Assembly: GCA_018649885.1 (NCBI GenBank)
Contig: JABIHA010000113.1
Location: forward strand, 51,179-71,178
Reading direction: 5' to 3'
DNA length: 20,000 nt
From: Bacteriovoracaceae bacterium
GTDB lineage: Bacteria; Bdellovibrionota; Bacteriovoracia; Bacteriovoracales; Bacteriovoracaceae
Positions 1 through 8,119 of the stretch are shown here, in pieces. The position numbers and the translations under genes were made by a program. The notes under the pieces are model-generated. The model saw nothing but the letters and a program-made list of their open reading frames with translations. It was not told the DNA's origin and did not search any database. Position 1 is the stretch's first letter; every line of letters starts with the position of its first letter.

Positions 1-214
1 TTTTACTTAGTCCAATCATCGACCACCCATTTCGAATTGCCCAATCTTCGATTGTAGGAAAATTATGAGATAATAAGAAGTGAAAGAAAGCACCCACCGA
101 AATGAGTAACAGATAAATTGATAAAAAAATTAAAAGATATCCACCATAGAAAAGAGAAACCTTTGAAGCAGTGTAACTAAAGAGATCTATTCTCTTATGA
201 AGGTGCCGATTCAA
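1..214 (-). CDS. Hypothetical membrane protein, N-terminal part (runs off left edge; not in ORF track)
   Basis: Manual translation from TTG at 214: MNRHLHKRIDLFSYTASKVSLFYGGYLLIFLSIYLLLISVGAFFHFLLSHNFPTIEDWAIRNGWSMIGLSK..., open to the edge. Long hydrophobic segment, GGGGGA RBS-like sequence upstream, TTGA overlap with the stop of the 211..1137 gene. Confidence 0.8.
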   Translation of the reverse strand, partial: MNRHLHKRIDLFSYTASKVSLFYGGYLLIFLSIYLLLISVGAFFHFLLSHNFPTIEDWAIRNGWSMIGLSK

Positions 215-1137
215 TCTAATCCCCCGAGAGGAACTCCTGGTATTAGCCATCTGATTTGTTGTTCGGGTGATGGATATATTTCGTTATACTTGCTATAGAG
301 TGCATTAGTTCGAATTAACGTATTGATTTTTTTTAGAAGACTTAAGTATGCGTTCCAGTACTTGGGATGTCCCTTTAAAATTAATTTAATTTTTTTGGTA
401 ATCTCAAACTGTTCTTGAAAAGTAAAACCTTTATTGAAGAAAACTTTATCGTAATTACTCAATGTTTTTTTAAAAGCATCTAGTTTTAATTCTTTCCCAT
501 AAAAATTCTTCCCTAGAATTTTACTCAACTCAGGGTCTCTAACTTTTTTTACAACAATTCGGAGGTCAGACCGGTAAAAACTTTCTAGAACAAGAATTGA
601 TATCTCTAATTTTGTTAGATCCATTACTTGAATAAAAGGAACCGAAATGAGTACTATATATTCACCACTACTCGCAGGTAGTGCAGCATGTGCAAGGGCA
701 GGGGTGTTAAGTAGAAGTATCTTAAATTCTTTTTGATAAAGCCCAAGCGCTCTTAGAACTCCATTTAAATAGAGATCTAACCCATAATCGGGTTTCTGAA
801 ATTCCCACTTCAGCACACTTGCATTTTTAACTATCCAGTACTCTGATAGAAAAGACCAAATATCATCTTCCTTGGGTAGATTATAGCGAGTTACATTTCT
901 TTTAATTCTCTTCTTTCTGAGCTTATCCCCTTTAGATTTTTTTTTCTGAGCTTGTTTTTGTAGTTGATCCTCTTTAAGAATATCTTTTATCGAATTAAAA
1001 TCTAATAAATCATTTTCTTTTTCTGCTTTGGTTTTTTTCTCGGGCTGACTTTTTTTAGCAGCACTAGACGGCCCAATTACTTGGCCTGAAAAAAGTGCTA
1101 AAAATAGCAGTGAAAATGCTACCCTAAAACTTCTCAT
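211..1137 (-). CDS. Exported protein with a degenerate peptidase M48 (BepA/HtpX-like) domain lacking HExxH
   Basis: Signal peptide and Lys-rich linker, then FKILLLNTPALAHAALP...YIVLISVPFIQVMDLTKLEISILVLESF and C-terminal YPSPEQQIRWL. These resemble the M48 NAFALPGG / ELAAVLAHE / HPSxxERI segments. ATGA overlap with the upstream gene. Confidence 0.6.
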   Translation of the reverse strand: MRSFRVAFSLLFLALFSGQVIGPSSAAKKSQPEKKTKAEKENDLLDFNSIKDILKEDQLQKQAQKKKSKGDKLRKKRIKRNVTRYNLPKEDDIWSFLSEYWIVKNASVLKWEFQKPDYGLDLYLNGVLRALGLYQKEFKILLLNTPALAHAALPASSGEYIVLISVPFIQVMDLTKLEISILVLESFYRSDLRIVVKKVRDPELSKILGKNFYGKELKLDAFKKTLSNYDKVFFNKGFTFQEQFEITKKIKLILKGHPKYWNAYLSLLKKINTLIRTNALYSKYNEIYPSPEQQIRWLIPGVPLGGLD

Positions 1138-1613
1138 GGCAGTTTGACCTTTCCAAAAACATAATTGTCATAAAGCTTTCCCCAAAAAAATAAATCATCT
1201 ATTCCAAGTCCAAATTTTTGAACAAAAATGGGGTATTTTTTTTCAAAGCAAGGTGGTCTTTTCGGCGATAGAAAATCTTGTCTAAGAAAGCCGTCTCTTC
1301 CACTGGCCTTAACTATATCCCACTCCCCCCTTGATCTCCCCTCACTGGTAAAGACTTTAACAGGATGTCCACACCCCAGTGTAGTAATTCCCCTACTATA
1401 TCTACTAGGGTTTTGGTGAAGGTGACCGTAGAAAGGCATAAAGTAATAAACACCTACAAGCTTCAATTTAGCAGATTTCTCATTTGAAGCCACATCCCGA
1501 GTGGATGCTCCCAGAGTGGATGCTCCTAGTGGAGCCGGGGCCATGAGAGAAATTAGTAGCACCATGTTAATAGTGCCTAGCTTAATAAGCAATTGGGGTA
1601 AATCTATCATCAT
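1134..1613 (-). CDS. Exported/membrane-anchored SH3b-like domain protein
   Basis: Hydrophobic N-terminus. HLHQNPSRYSRGITTLGCGHPVKVF...WDIVKASGRDGFLRQDFLS fits the bacterial SH3 pattern. ATG at 1613 forms an ATGA overlap with the lapB stop (ORF track starts at 1622). Confidence 0.6.
   Translation of the reverse strand: MMIDLPQLLIKLGTINMVLLISLMAPAPLGASTLGASTRDVASNEKSAKLKLVGVYYFMPFYGHLHQNPSRYSRGITTLGCGHPVKVFTSEGRSRGEWDIVKASGRDGFLRQDFLSPKRPPCFEKKYPIFVQKFGLGIDDLFFWGKLYDNYVFGKVKLP
1499..1528. repeat. 15-bp tandem duplication (GAGTGGATGCTCCCA / GAGTGGATGCTCCTA) encoding the LGAST-LGAST repeat
   Basis: Two adjacent copies, 14/15 identical, in frame in the linker of the SH3-like gene. Confidence 0.85.
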
Positions 1614-2848
1614 AATTTCCATCTAAAATGGATCGTTTCCCACTCTCTACATTGAGGGCATCTCCAAAAAAGATTATCTGAGTTATATCCACACTGTTTA
1701 CAAAAATACCGTGTTAAAGAAGATTGCATACTGTCCAGGAGGCCAACAACTTGCTCACAAGCTTGGTCTTTCTTCCCTGTCTCTATTAATAATTTCACAT
1801 ATTCTGTCTTAACTACTTGCGAATGAATTTGATGATTTTTTATCCAATCATCCAAAATACAATAGGCCTTGTCGATTTCCCCACCTTGCTTTAACAATCT
1901 AATTTTAGTGAGGATAACTGATGGACTATCTAGTAAATCTTTATCATCTAAGTTAAGGAAGTATTCCTGGAGTAGCTTAATTCTTTTTCTATAGTCACCT
2001 ACTTGAGTCTCATCTCCCTGAAAACTTGAATTAAATGATTCAAAAACAAATGACGTATACATTGGATGCTCTTTTAAAAGCTCCAGTAGTGAAATTTTTG
2101 CTTCTTCTAAATTCCCAATGGCAAGATAGTGCTTCAGTCTTAATATCTTTGCTGAAACAGATGGAGCAAACCTAAAAGCATCTTCAAGATCTTCGAATGA
2201 ATGTCTAAAATTGCCTTGTTCAAAGTATTGCTTTGATTTTTGTACAAGTATGTGTGAAATAGTCTCTGCTTGATTTTCTCTTCCAACTTTTGAAAGCATA
2301 ATTCTGTACTGGTAAGCCTGGTCCCAATCCTCGATATCTTCATAAATTCTACATAGAGACCGAATAACTTCATCTTGATCACGATTAATTTTCAAAACAT
2401 CTTTATAGGTTTCGATGGCCTTGTCTATAAAGCCACCCTTATCAAAATCAACTGCTAATTCCCTTAAAGCATTTAGCCTAGTCGATTCAGAGATGTTGTC
2501 TCTTGCAATAAGAGAGCGGTGGATACTTATGGCCTTTTCAATTTCCCCATTACTTCGAAACAATCCTCCCAGCGCAAAATAGGTTTCCATTGTTTCCCGG
2601 TTGAGGTCGACTGCATTGAGAAATTCTTTAATCGCAAGATCTTTATTTCCTGAAATGAGGTATTGTGTGGCATTTAAAAAGATCTTACTTTGCGCCTCGA
2701 ATATAGAGTTTCGATACTTCTTAGAGAGTTTTACCCCGTGATCTTTTTCAATAAGGTAGAGATAGATCAACACAACTGTAATACAAACAGCTATAATCGC
2801 CAGCATGTGGTGCTGAAACCATATAAGATTAAAATCCGTTAAACTCAC
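1610..2848 (-). CDS. lapB: Lipopolysaccharide assembly protein B (LapB/YciM): TM anchor, TPR repeats, rubredoxin-like metal site
   Basis: N-terminal TM helix, ETYFALGGLFRSNGEIEKAISIH TPR motif typical of LapB, C-terminal YFCKQCGY...WRCPQCREWETI. Confidence 0.88.
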   Translation of the reverse strand: MSLTDFNLIWFQHHMLAIIAVCITVVLIYLYLIEKDHGVKLSKKYRNSIFEAQSKIFLNATQYLISGNKDLAIKEFLNAVDLNRETMETYFALGGLFRSNGEIEKAISIHRSLIARDNISESTRLNALRELAVDFDKGGFIDKAIETYKDVLKINRDQDEVIRSLCRIYEDIEDWDQAYQYRIMLSKVGRENQAETISHILVQKSKQYFEQGNFRHSFEDLEDAFRFAPSVSAKILRLKHYLAIGNLEEAKISLLELLKEHPMYTSFVFESFNSSFQGDETQVGDYRKRIKLLQEYFLNLDDKDLLDSPSVILTKIRLLKQGGEIDKAYCILDDWIKNHQIHSQVVKTEYVKLLIETGKKDQACEQVVGLLDSMQSSLTRYFCKQCGYNSDNLFWRCPQCREWETIHFRWKL

Positions 2849-2852
2849 TGTG

Positions 2853-3797
2853 CTAACCTGATATCTTGTTATTCATCATCATGTACATTGGCATAAAGGA
2901 ATTGTGCGATCCAAATTTAATCCCCTCTACAATTCCTTCAACATCATCCACTAAATCTCTTAAAGAGAAGGGCCTTTTCTCTTTGATATACTTGAATTTA
3001 AAATCACCTTTTAAATTCATCTCAGAAAATATCGCTCTACCTGCAGTCCAAAGGCTCGCAATCTCGTCAACGAGTCCAAGTTCTTTTGCAACTGTTCCAG
3101 AGAAAATTTGTCCTTGAGCATGATCGTCGATGTTTCCCTTAATCTTCGATTTTCTTCTCGCCATAATATGATTTTTAAATTGGTCGTGAACTCCTGAAAG
3201 CATATTTTTCATGTATAACTTTTCTTCCTTAGTCATTTTACGATGAGGAGAGCCGATATCTTTATAGAGACCTGATTTAATTATTCCTGGTTTAACTTTT
3301 GCAAATTCATATAACTTAGATAGATCCATAAAGTGCATAATTACACCTATGGAGCCCGTCAAAGTACCGGCATTTGCATATATTTTTCTGCAGGCAGCGC
3401 CAATATAGTAACCACCACTAGCAGCGATAGAACCAAAACTTGCATAGACTGGTTTTTCTTTATCAATACGAATAATTTCATCATAAATTTCTTGAGTCGG
3501 GCCAACAGATCCACCAGGAGATTCAACTCTCAAGATAATGGCCTTTACTGATTTGTCTTTCTCAGCTCTTAGTAAATTTTCTATCACTTTTTTAGATTCG
3601 AAAATAACACCTTTTACTTCGACTACACCAATTACGTCACCGCCACTTTTTCCCCAACTGACATTACCTTCACCACTTTCTTTAAGACTAGAAAGAGTAA
3701 AGTGCGCAAATAACAAAAGTAGCGCAAAGAAAAAAATGATAAGGAAAAAAACCAATATGAGCCCCTTCCCCTGCTTATTTTGGGCCGCATTCGACAC
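2853..3797 (-). CDS. sppA: Signal peptide peptidase SppA, short form (S49)
   Basis: N-terminal TM, ILRVESPGGSV, AASGGYY (catalytic Ser), TGSIGV, KSGLYKD (Lys), GLVDEI. GGAGG RBS before the GTG start. Confidence 0.95.
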   Translation of the reverse strand: MSNAAQNKQGKGLILVFFLIIFFFALLLLFAHFTLSSLKESGEGNVSWGKSGGDVIGVVEVKGVIFESKKVIENLLRAEKDKSVKAIILRVESPGGSVGPTQEIYDEIIRIDKEKPVYASFGSIAASGGYYIGAACRKIYANAGTLTGSIGVIMHFMDLSKLYEFAKVKPGIIKSGLYKDIGSPHRKMTKEEKLYMKNMLSGVHDQFKNHIMARRKSKIKGNIDDHAQGQIFSGTVAKELGLVDEIASLWTAGRAIFSEMNLKGDFKFKYIKEKRPFSLRDLVDDVEGIVEGIKFGSHNSFMPMYMMMNNKISG

Positions 3798-3814
3798 AAC
3801 ATCCTCCAGTTAAA

Positions 3815-3855
3815 GCACTCTAGATAGCTAACCAATTTTTAGATAGATAGAGTGC
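3815..3855. promoter_or_regulatory. Imperfect inverted repeat just upstream of the sppA RBS (candidate operator or 5'UTR hairpin)
   Basis: GCACTCTA (3815-3822) pairs with TAGAGTGC (3848-3855), with further inner pairs (CTAA/TTAG). Confidence 0.35.
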
Positions 3856-4054
3856 AAATAAATATAGTTTAATCAATTCCCCATGCTTGGTCCACATGCC
3901 AGATGCAGCTAAATATCTAATTTCCCACTGTGCTCAGAAGCTTCAGGGAAAATGTGCATCTTTCCTTAAAGCACCGTGTTAAAATGACGATAGGACTTAG
4001 GTAGGGTTTTATTAAAACATACGGGACCTCGAATATCTTACTAGGAGATAAAAA

Positions 4055-4315
4055 ATGGGAAAGAAATTACTTCTAGCAGCACTTTTGGTGGTCTTTTCAC
4101 TTCCTGCAATGGCCGTAAATGGCGGAGACGAACGTTTCGAATCAGCTTCTAGAGATGCCCTTTGGTATAGCGTAGAGCAAGATGAAGAAAACCGGCTACC
4201 TGCCAGTTACAACGACATGACAGAGGAAAAGGCACAGGAGAACTTCCAGAAAAAGCATCAACAAAGAAAAGTTGAGTACTGGAATCACGAAACTAAAAGA
4301 TCGCATGCACCTTGA
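4055..4315 (+). CDS. Small exported hypothetical protein
   Basis: AGGAG RBS, Sec signal MGKKLLLAALLVVFSLPAMA, followed by an intrinsic terminator. Confidence 0.85.
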   Translation: MGKKLLLAALLVVFSLPAMAVNGGDERFESASRDALWYSVEQDEENRLPASYNDMTEEKAQENFQKKHQQRKVEYWNHETKRSHAP

Positions 4316-4324
4316 AAATTTTTA

Positions 4325-5410
4325 TTAAGATTCAATACTTGAAAAGCCGGGTAATTTACTCGGCTTTTTTGTGGCCAGAGATTTCAATTGACCACATGCT
4401 GCCAAAATATCATCTCCCTTAGTCACTCTCACTGTCGCTACAAGCCCTCTTTTATTCAATGATTCACAAAACCACTCTACTAGGGCGTCCGCCGGTTTCT
4501 TAAATCGACTTCCAGGAAATTCATTAAAAGGAATGATATTAACCTTAGACTCTTTCTTGTTTAATAAGCTAACAAGGGCCCTAATATCTTCTTCGCTGTC
4601 GTTGAGATCTCTAATTAAAATATATTCGTAAGTAATTCTTCTAAAGGCCTTTAGTGGAATTTTTTCAATGGCCTGGAATAGACGCTTTATATCGTAAGCC
4701 CGGTTTAAAGGCATAAGCTCAGAGCGCACTTCATCGTTTGCGGAATGAAGTGAAATAGCAATATTCACTGGTGGGAATTCATCTAATTTTTCAATTTGGG
4801 GAACTAGGCCTGAAGTTGAAAGGGTAATTCTTCTTTGACCCAGGCCCAGGCCTTTGGGGTCGAGAAAAATCTTAGTGGCCATCTTCATATTTTCAAAATT
4901 ATGGAGTGGCTCTCCCATTCCCATATATACAATATTCGATATTTTACTCTCACTACCTTCATCATCTTTTAACCATGAGCTTGCCAAAAGAAATTGCAAA
5001 ACAACCTCATGTGTAGACAAATTGCGAGTTAAACCTTGAGTCCCTGTGTGACAAAAAGTGCAGCCAATAGCGCACCCAACTTGAGAAGAAAGACAAAGTG
5101 TTCTTCGCTTTAAGGAACTGATTATCACCATCTCTACTTGGTGGCCGTCTTTGAATCCAATTAAAAACTTTGTGGTCCCATCTTTTGAAGTGGAGTTCCA
5201 AACAATTTTTGGAATAGAAAATGAAAACTCAGATTTTAGTTTTTCTCGATTCGTGAGAGAAATATTACTCCACTGATCAATATCAAAGATTCTTTTACAA
5301 TAGATCCAATCAAAAATTTGATTTACAAGATAACTAGGCATACCCATTTTTTTGAGTCTTTGACTTAGGGACTCAGAGTCGTAGTCTAGAATGTGGTCAA
5401 TGAGCGACAC
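4325..5410 (-). CDS. rlmN: Dual-specificity 23S rRNA (A2503)/tRNA C2-methyltransferase RlmN
   Basis: Radical SAM motif CLSSQVGCAIGCTFC, MGMGEP, AISLH, ITYEY, VNIIPFN, DILAACGQL. Confidence 0.96.
   Translation of the reverse strand: MSLIDHILDYDSESLSQRLKKMGMPSYLVNQIFDWIYCKRIFDIDQWSNISLTNREKLKSEFSFSIPKIVWNSTSKDGTTKFLIGFKDGHQVEMVIISSLKRRTLCLSSQVGCAIGCTFCHTGTQGLTRNLSTHEVVLQFLLASSWLKDDEGSESKISNIVYMGMGEPLHNFENMKMATKIFLDPKGLGLGQRRITLSTSGLVPQIEKLDEFPPVNIAISLHSANDEVRSELMPLNRAYDIKRLFQAIEKIPLKAFRRITYEYILIRDLNDSEEDIRALVSLLNKKESKVNIIPFNEFPGSRFKKPADALVEWFCESLNKRGLVATVRVTKGDDILAACGQLKSLATKKPSKLPGFSSIES
4342..4370 (+). terminator. Rho-independent terminator for the 4055..4315 gene, embedded in the rlmN 3' coding end
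   Basis: AAAA-GCCGGGTA-ATT-TACTCGGC-TTTTTT: 8-bp stem with one G-U, then T6, about 30 nt after the stop codon. Confidence 0.8.
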
Positions 5411-5468
5411 GGGGCAGTATTCCTTTTTTTGGTATCTACCCCATACCTACAAAGAGTGTGGCCCTTTA

Positions 5469-5921
5469 TCAACTATCTTTGAAAATTCTACCAAAAAAAG
5501 AAGAATTAGTGCCCTTATTCTTGTTGGTTTCAATCATATGCCCAGCTAGAAGGCTTTTCTTAAAACCGGCAATATCAAAAACTTGCTCAACCATTTGGTT
5601 GTAGTCAAAAACAGAATGAAAATAGACCTGAGGGGAGCCAATTTTCTCACCAAGAGATAACCCAAAACGATGTAAATCAGAAATGTTCTGAAAAGGTCCA
5701 ATTCCCAAATGATCATCAGATTCTTTCATAAAAACTGATTGGTATTGAAGTTTTAAATCATTCCAACTGAGATCCTCTTGATCAGAAAAAAAATAGGTGA
5801 TCCTATAATGTTTTTCACCTTGTAGATCGAGAACAGAGCTTTCATCTGCTACTTCTTCCTCACCAACTGCAGGGTTGGCATAGTCGTATATCAAAAAAAG
5901 CGGATAGGCATTTTTCATCAT
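5469..5921 (-). CDS. Hypothetical acidic cytoplasmic protein
   Basis: 150-aa ORF with AGGA RBS, 10 bp after the upstream gene's stop. No recognisable motif. Confidence 0.75.
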   Translation of the reverse strand: MMKNAYPLFLIYDYANPAVGEEEVADESSVLDLQGEKHYRITYFFSDQEDLSWNDLKLQYQSVFMKESDDHLGIGPFQNISDLHRFGLSLGEKIGSPQVYFHSVFDYNQMVEQVFDIAGFKKSLLAGHMIETNKNKGTNSSFFGRIFKDS

Positions 5922-5931
5922 TTCATCCTAT

Positions 5932-7671
5932 TCATTCGAAGTGACCAAAATCCAGCGAAACTGAACCACCTGGCAATAATTCTAGATCAACGCCTATAGG
6001 GGTTGATTTCACTGAGGCATTCTCTTTTTCACTTATTTTTAAAAAGGCAAAGTTTTTAGAGCCAACAACTTTTGCCTTTCTTTTATAGCTAGAAGGATTA
6101 AAAAAGCTTACCCTTCTCACCTCCTCATAAGTTAATTCAATATTACTTGGAGAACGTCTTAACCAAAGGAAGTTAATATCTTTATCATGTTCAATTTTAA
6201 GATGAGATAAATCTGCATAATTTAAAAGTTTATTCCAAAAAGCATCTTTTTTCCCAGACGCAGAGTTGGAGAGCTCATTGCCATCAAAGTAAACGAGTGA
6301 TCCCTCACCAAGTTTACATAAAACTAGACTACTAATAAGCTTTACTTCCTGTGTATCAATATCATTTTCAATGATAAAAGCATTAAGCCTCTTTATAAGA
6401 GAAGGATCTAGTGAATCAGTATCAAAAACGACTCTTTCTCCATTAAGAAAAATTCTTAAAACTTTTTCAAATGATTTTCTAGACATTCCAAGGCCATGGA
6501 AAAAATATATTTTTTTGTGGCCAATGCATTCATCAATATCTAATTCTTGTAGATCTTTTAAAATATAAGTACCATGGTATGAACAAGATAAAAAATTCGC
6601 TAGGCCATTATTTTTCCAACAAAGACCTTCTTTTAGCCCAGTCTCATTTCGAAAAAGCTCAAATAGCCACAGTGGAAAAAAGGTGGTTGGTGTAAAATCA
6701 TCGAATAACTCGCCATTCAAATTTTGATAGAAAAAGCTCTTACTAAGTAGATGTTCAAAAGCCTTATTCAAGACACCATTTTTAATTTTACCATCTAAAA
6801 GTACGCTGGTAGGAGATACTCCCAAGGTTATTGACTCCGTCACTTCCTTAAAGTATCGCCCCACATCTTCCTTTCTTTCAGATGACCGTAAAAAGATGTC
6901 GTATGGTCTTGCCCCTAAAAAGGCGAATTTCAAAACCCCTACCCAACTTGAATTCAAACACTCTTTAGCTGAATTATGGTAAAGATCTTTTATCATTTTT
7001 TTATATTGATTTTTATATTGATTTTCTACATCAGGAGTAATCGCAACGTCTCCAAACTGCTTTCTTTTCTCATCAATTTTAAGCCCTAAAAATTTACTAA
7101 ATCCCTTCATAAAGGAACGTGATGAATCAGAAAAATAATCTTGGTACTCGCCCGACTCAAGGTAGCCTGACTCCATTCCAATAATATCAGCATCAACTCC
7201 ATTGCTTGATAGGTACTGTCCAAGAGACCAAACAAAACTTCTAAAAACTTTGTAGAGTTTTGTATCAAAGAATGAATAAAGCTTTAATATACTGCCATCA
7301 CTGTCAATAACAGAATAGACAAGCCCATTACTAGCACAAGCGAGACTACTGGCAAGTGCTGGTGCAATTCCTCCATTAACAAGAAATGGACATGGTCCGA
7401 GCGGTACTAAAAAGCACACTTCTTTTCCCATCTCTTTTGCTAGAAAATATATTTTCTTAAGATCGGTCTCAGGTCTTTTTTCACCAAAGTCAAAACCACC
7501 TTCTTCATTAAGGTGAAATCCCCAGTTGATTGGCACAAATAGTGGAACATTTCTATCGTATGAAGAAATCTTGTTCTCCCACAAAGAATAAGAGGTTTTC
7601 CAATAAAAAAACCAGTTTTCCCCAGGAAGGGATGGATCACATTTACGGTCTGTTGAACTTAATTGTCCCAA
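5932..7671 (-). CDS. Divergent GH35/GH42 beta-galactosidase-like protein, possibly non-catalytic
   Basis: FFYWKTSYSLWENKI...VPINWGFHLNEEGGFDFGEKRPETDLKKIYFLAKEMGKEV...GPCPFLVNGGI parallels the GH35 N-terminus (HYFR..W.DRL...YVPWNLHEP..G.FDF.G..DL..F..LA...GL.V...GPY....NGG.P). The later segment resembles the GH42 middle domain. Confidence 0.6.
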   Translation of the reverse strand: MGQLSSTDRKCDPSLPGENWFFYWKTSYSLWENKISSYDRNVPLFVPINWGFHLNEEGGFDFGEKRPETDLKKIYFLAKEMGKEVCFLVPLGPCPFLVNGGIAPALASSLACASNGLVYSVIDSDGSILKLYSFFDTKLYKVFRSFVWSLGQYLSSNGVDADIIGMESGYLESGEYQDYFSDSSRSFMKGFSKFLGLKIDEKRKQFGDVAITPDVENQYKNQYKKMIKDLYHNSAKECLNSSWVGVLKFAFLGARPYDIFLRSSERKEDVGRYFKEVTESITLGVSPTSVLLDGKIKNGVLNKAFEHLLSKSFFYQNLNGELFDDFTPTTFFPLWLFELFRNETGLKEGLCWKNNGLANFLSCSYHGTYILKDLQELDIDECIGHKKIYFFHGLGMSRKSFEKVLRIFLNGERVVFDTDSLDPSLIKRLNAFIIENDIDTQEVKLISSLVLCKLGEGSLVYFDGNELSNSASGKKDAFWNKLLNYADLSHLKIEHDKDINFLWLRRSPSNIELTYEEVRRVSFFNPSSYKRKAKVVGSKNFAFLKISEKENASVKSTPIGVDLELLPGGSVSLDFGHFE

Positions 7672-7689
7672 GCTATTTATCCTTGTCTT

Positions 7690-8043
7690 CTAATCAGCTA
7701 AGTTTTCGGGAAGAACAAAATGCCCATCCGAATCCCTTTCAAAAGGGAATGTTTTCTCTACCGCACTGATATTTAATGGACCCATAATATGCGGAAACTC
7801 AGTGGTGGCCAGAGGTGTTTCATAGGGAACACGGTACTCAACCGGTGAGGTCAGGTTCACAGTATTTATTCTTAAAATAATTAAATCTTGTGCATCCTTT
7901 AGAATCGTATTGGCCACGGTCAATATTTGATCCGGTAATGCACACCCAATGAATCCCATTTTTTGGAATATTACCGGCTTGTAGTCCGTACCTTGAAGTG
8001 AATTATTATACTCAACCTTAGCTGCAATGTGGTAAATTTTCAT
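7690..8043 (-). CDS. DUF952 family protein
   Basis: IYHI, GFIGC (usually GFIHC), VAN, LIILRIN, FPHIMGPLNISAV. AGGTGA RBS. Confidence 0.85.
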   Translation of the reverse strand: MKIYHIAAKVEYNNSLQGTDYKPVIFQKMGFIGCALPDQILTVANTILKDAQDLIILRINTVNLTSPVEYRVPYETPLATTEFPHIMGPLNISAVEKTFPFERDSDGHFVLPENLAD

Positions 8044-8119
8044 CTCACCTATTTCCTTGTATTAGAATTATAATGACAAATAATGATAAATCCATTTTTA
8101 GTAAAAAAGGCAGGGGAAG

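Noticed and set aside
900..1060. Long T-runs on the plus strand suggesting phase-variable homopolymers
   Set aside because: They are Lys codon runs in a charged linker and the reading frame is intact.
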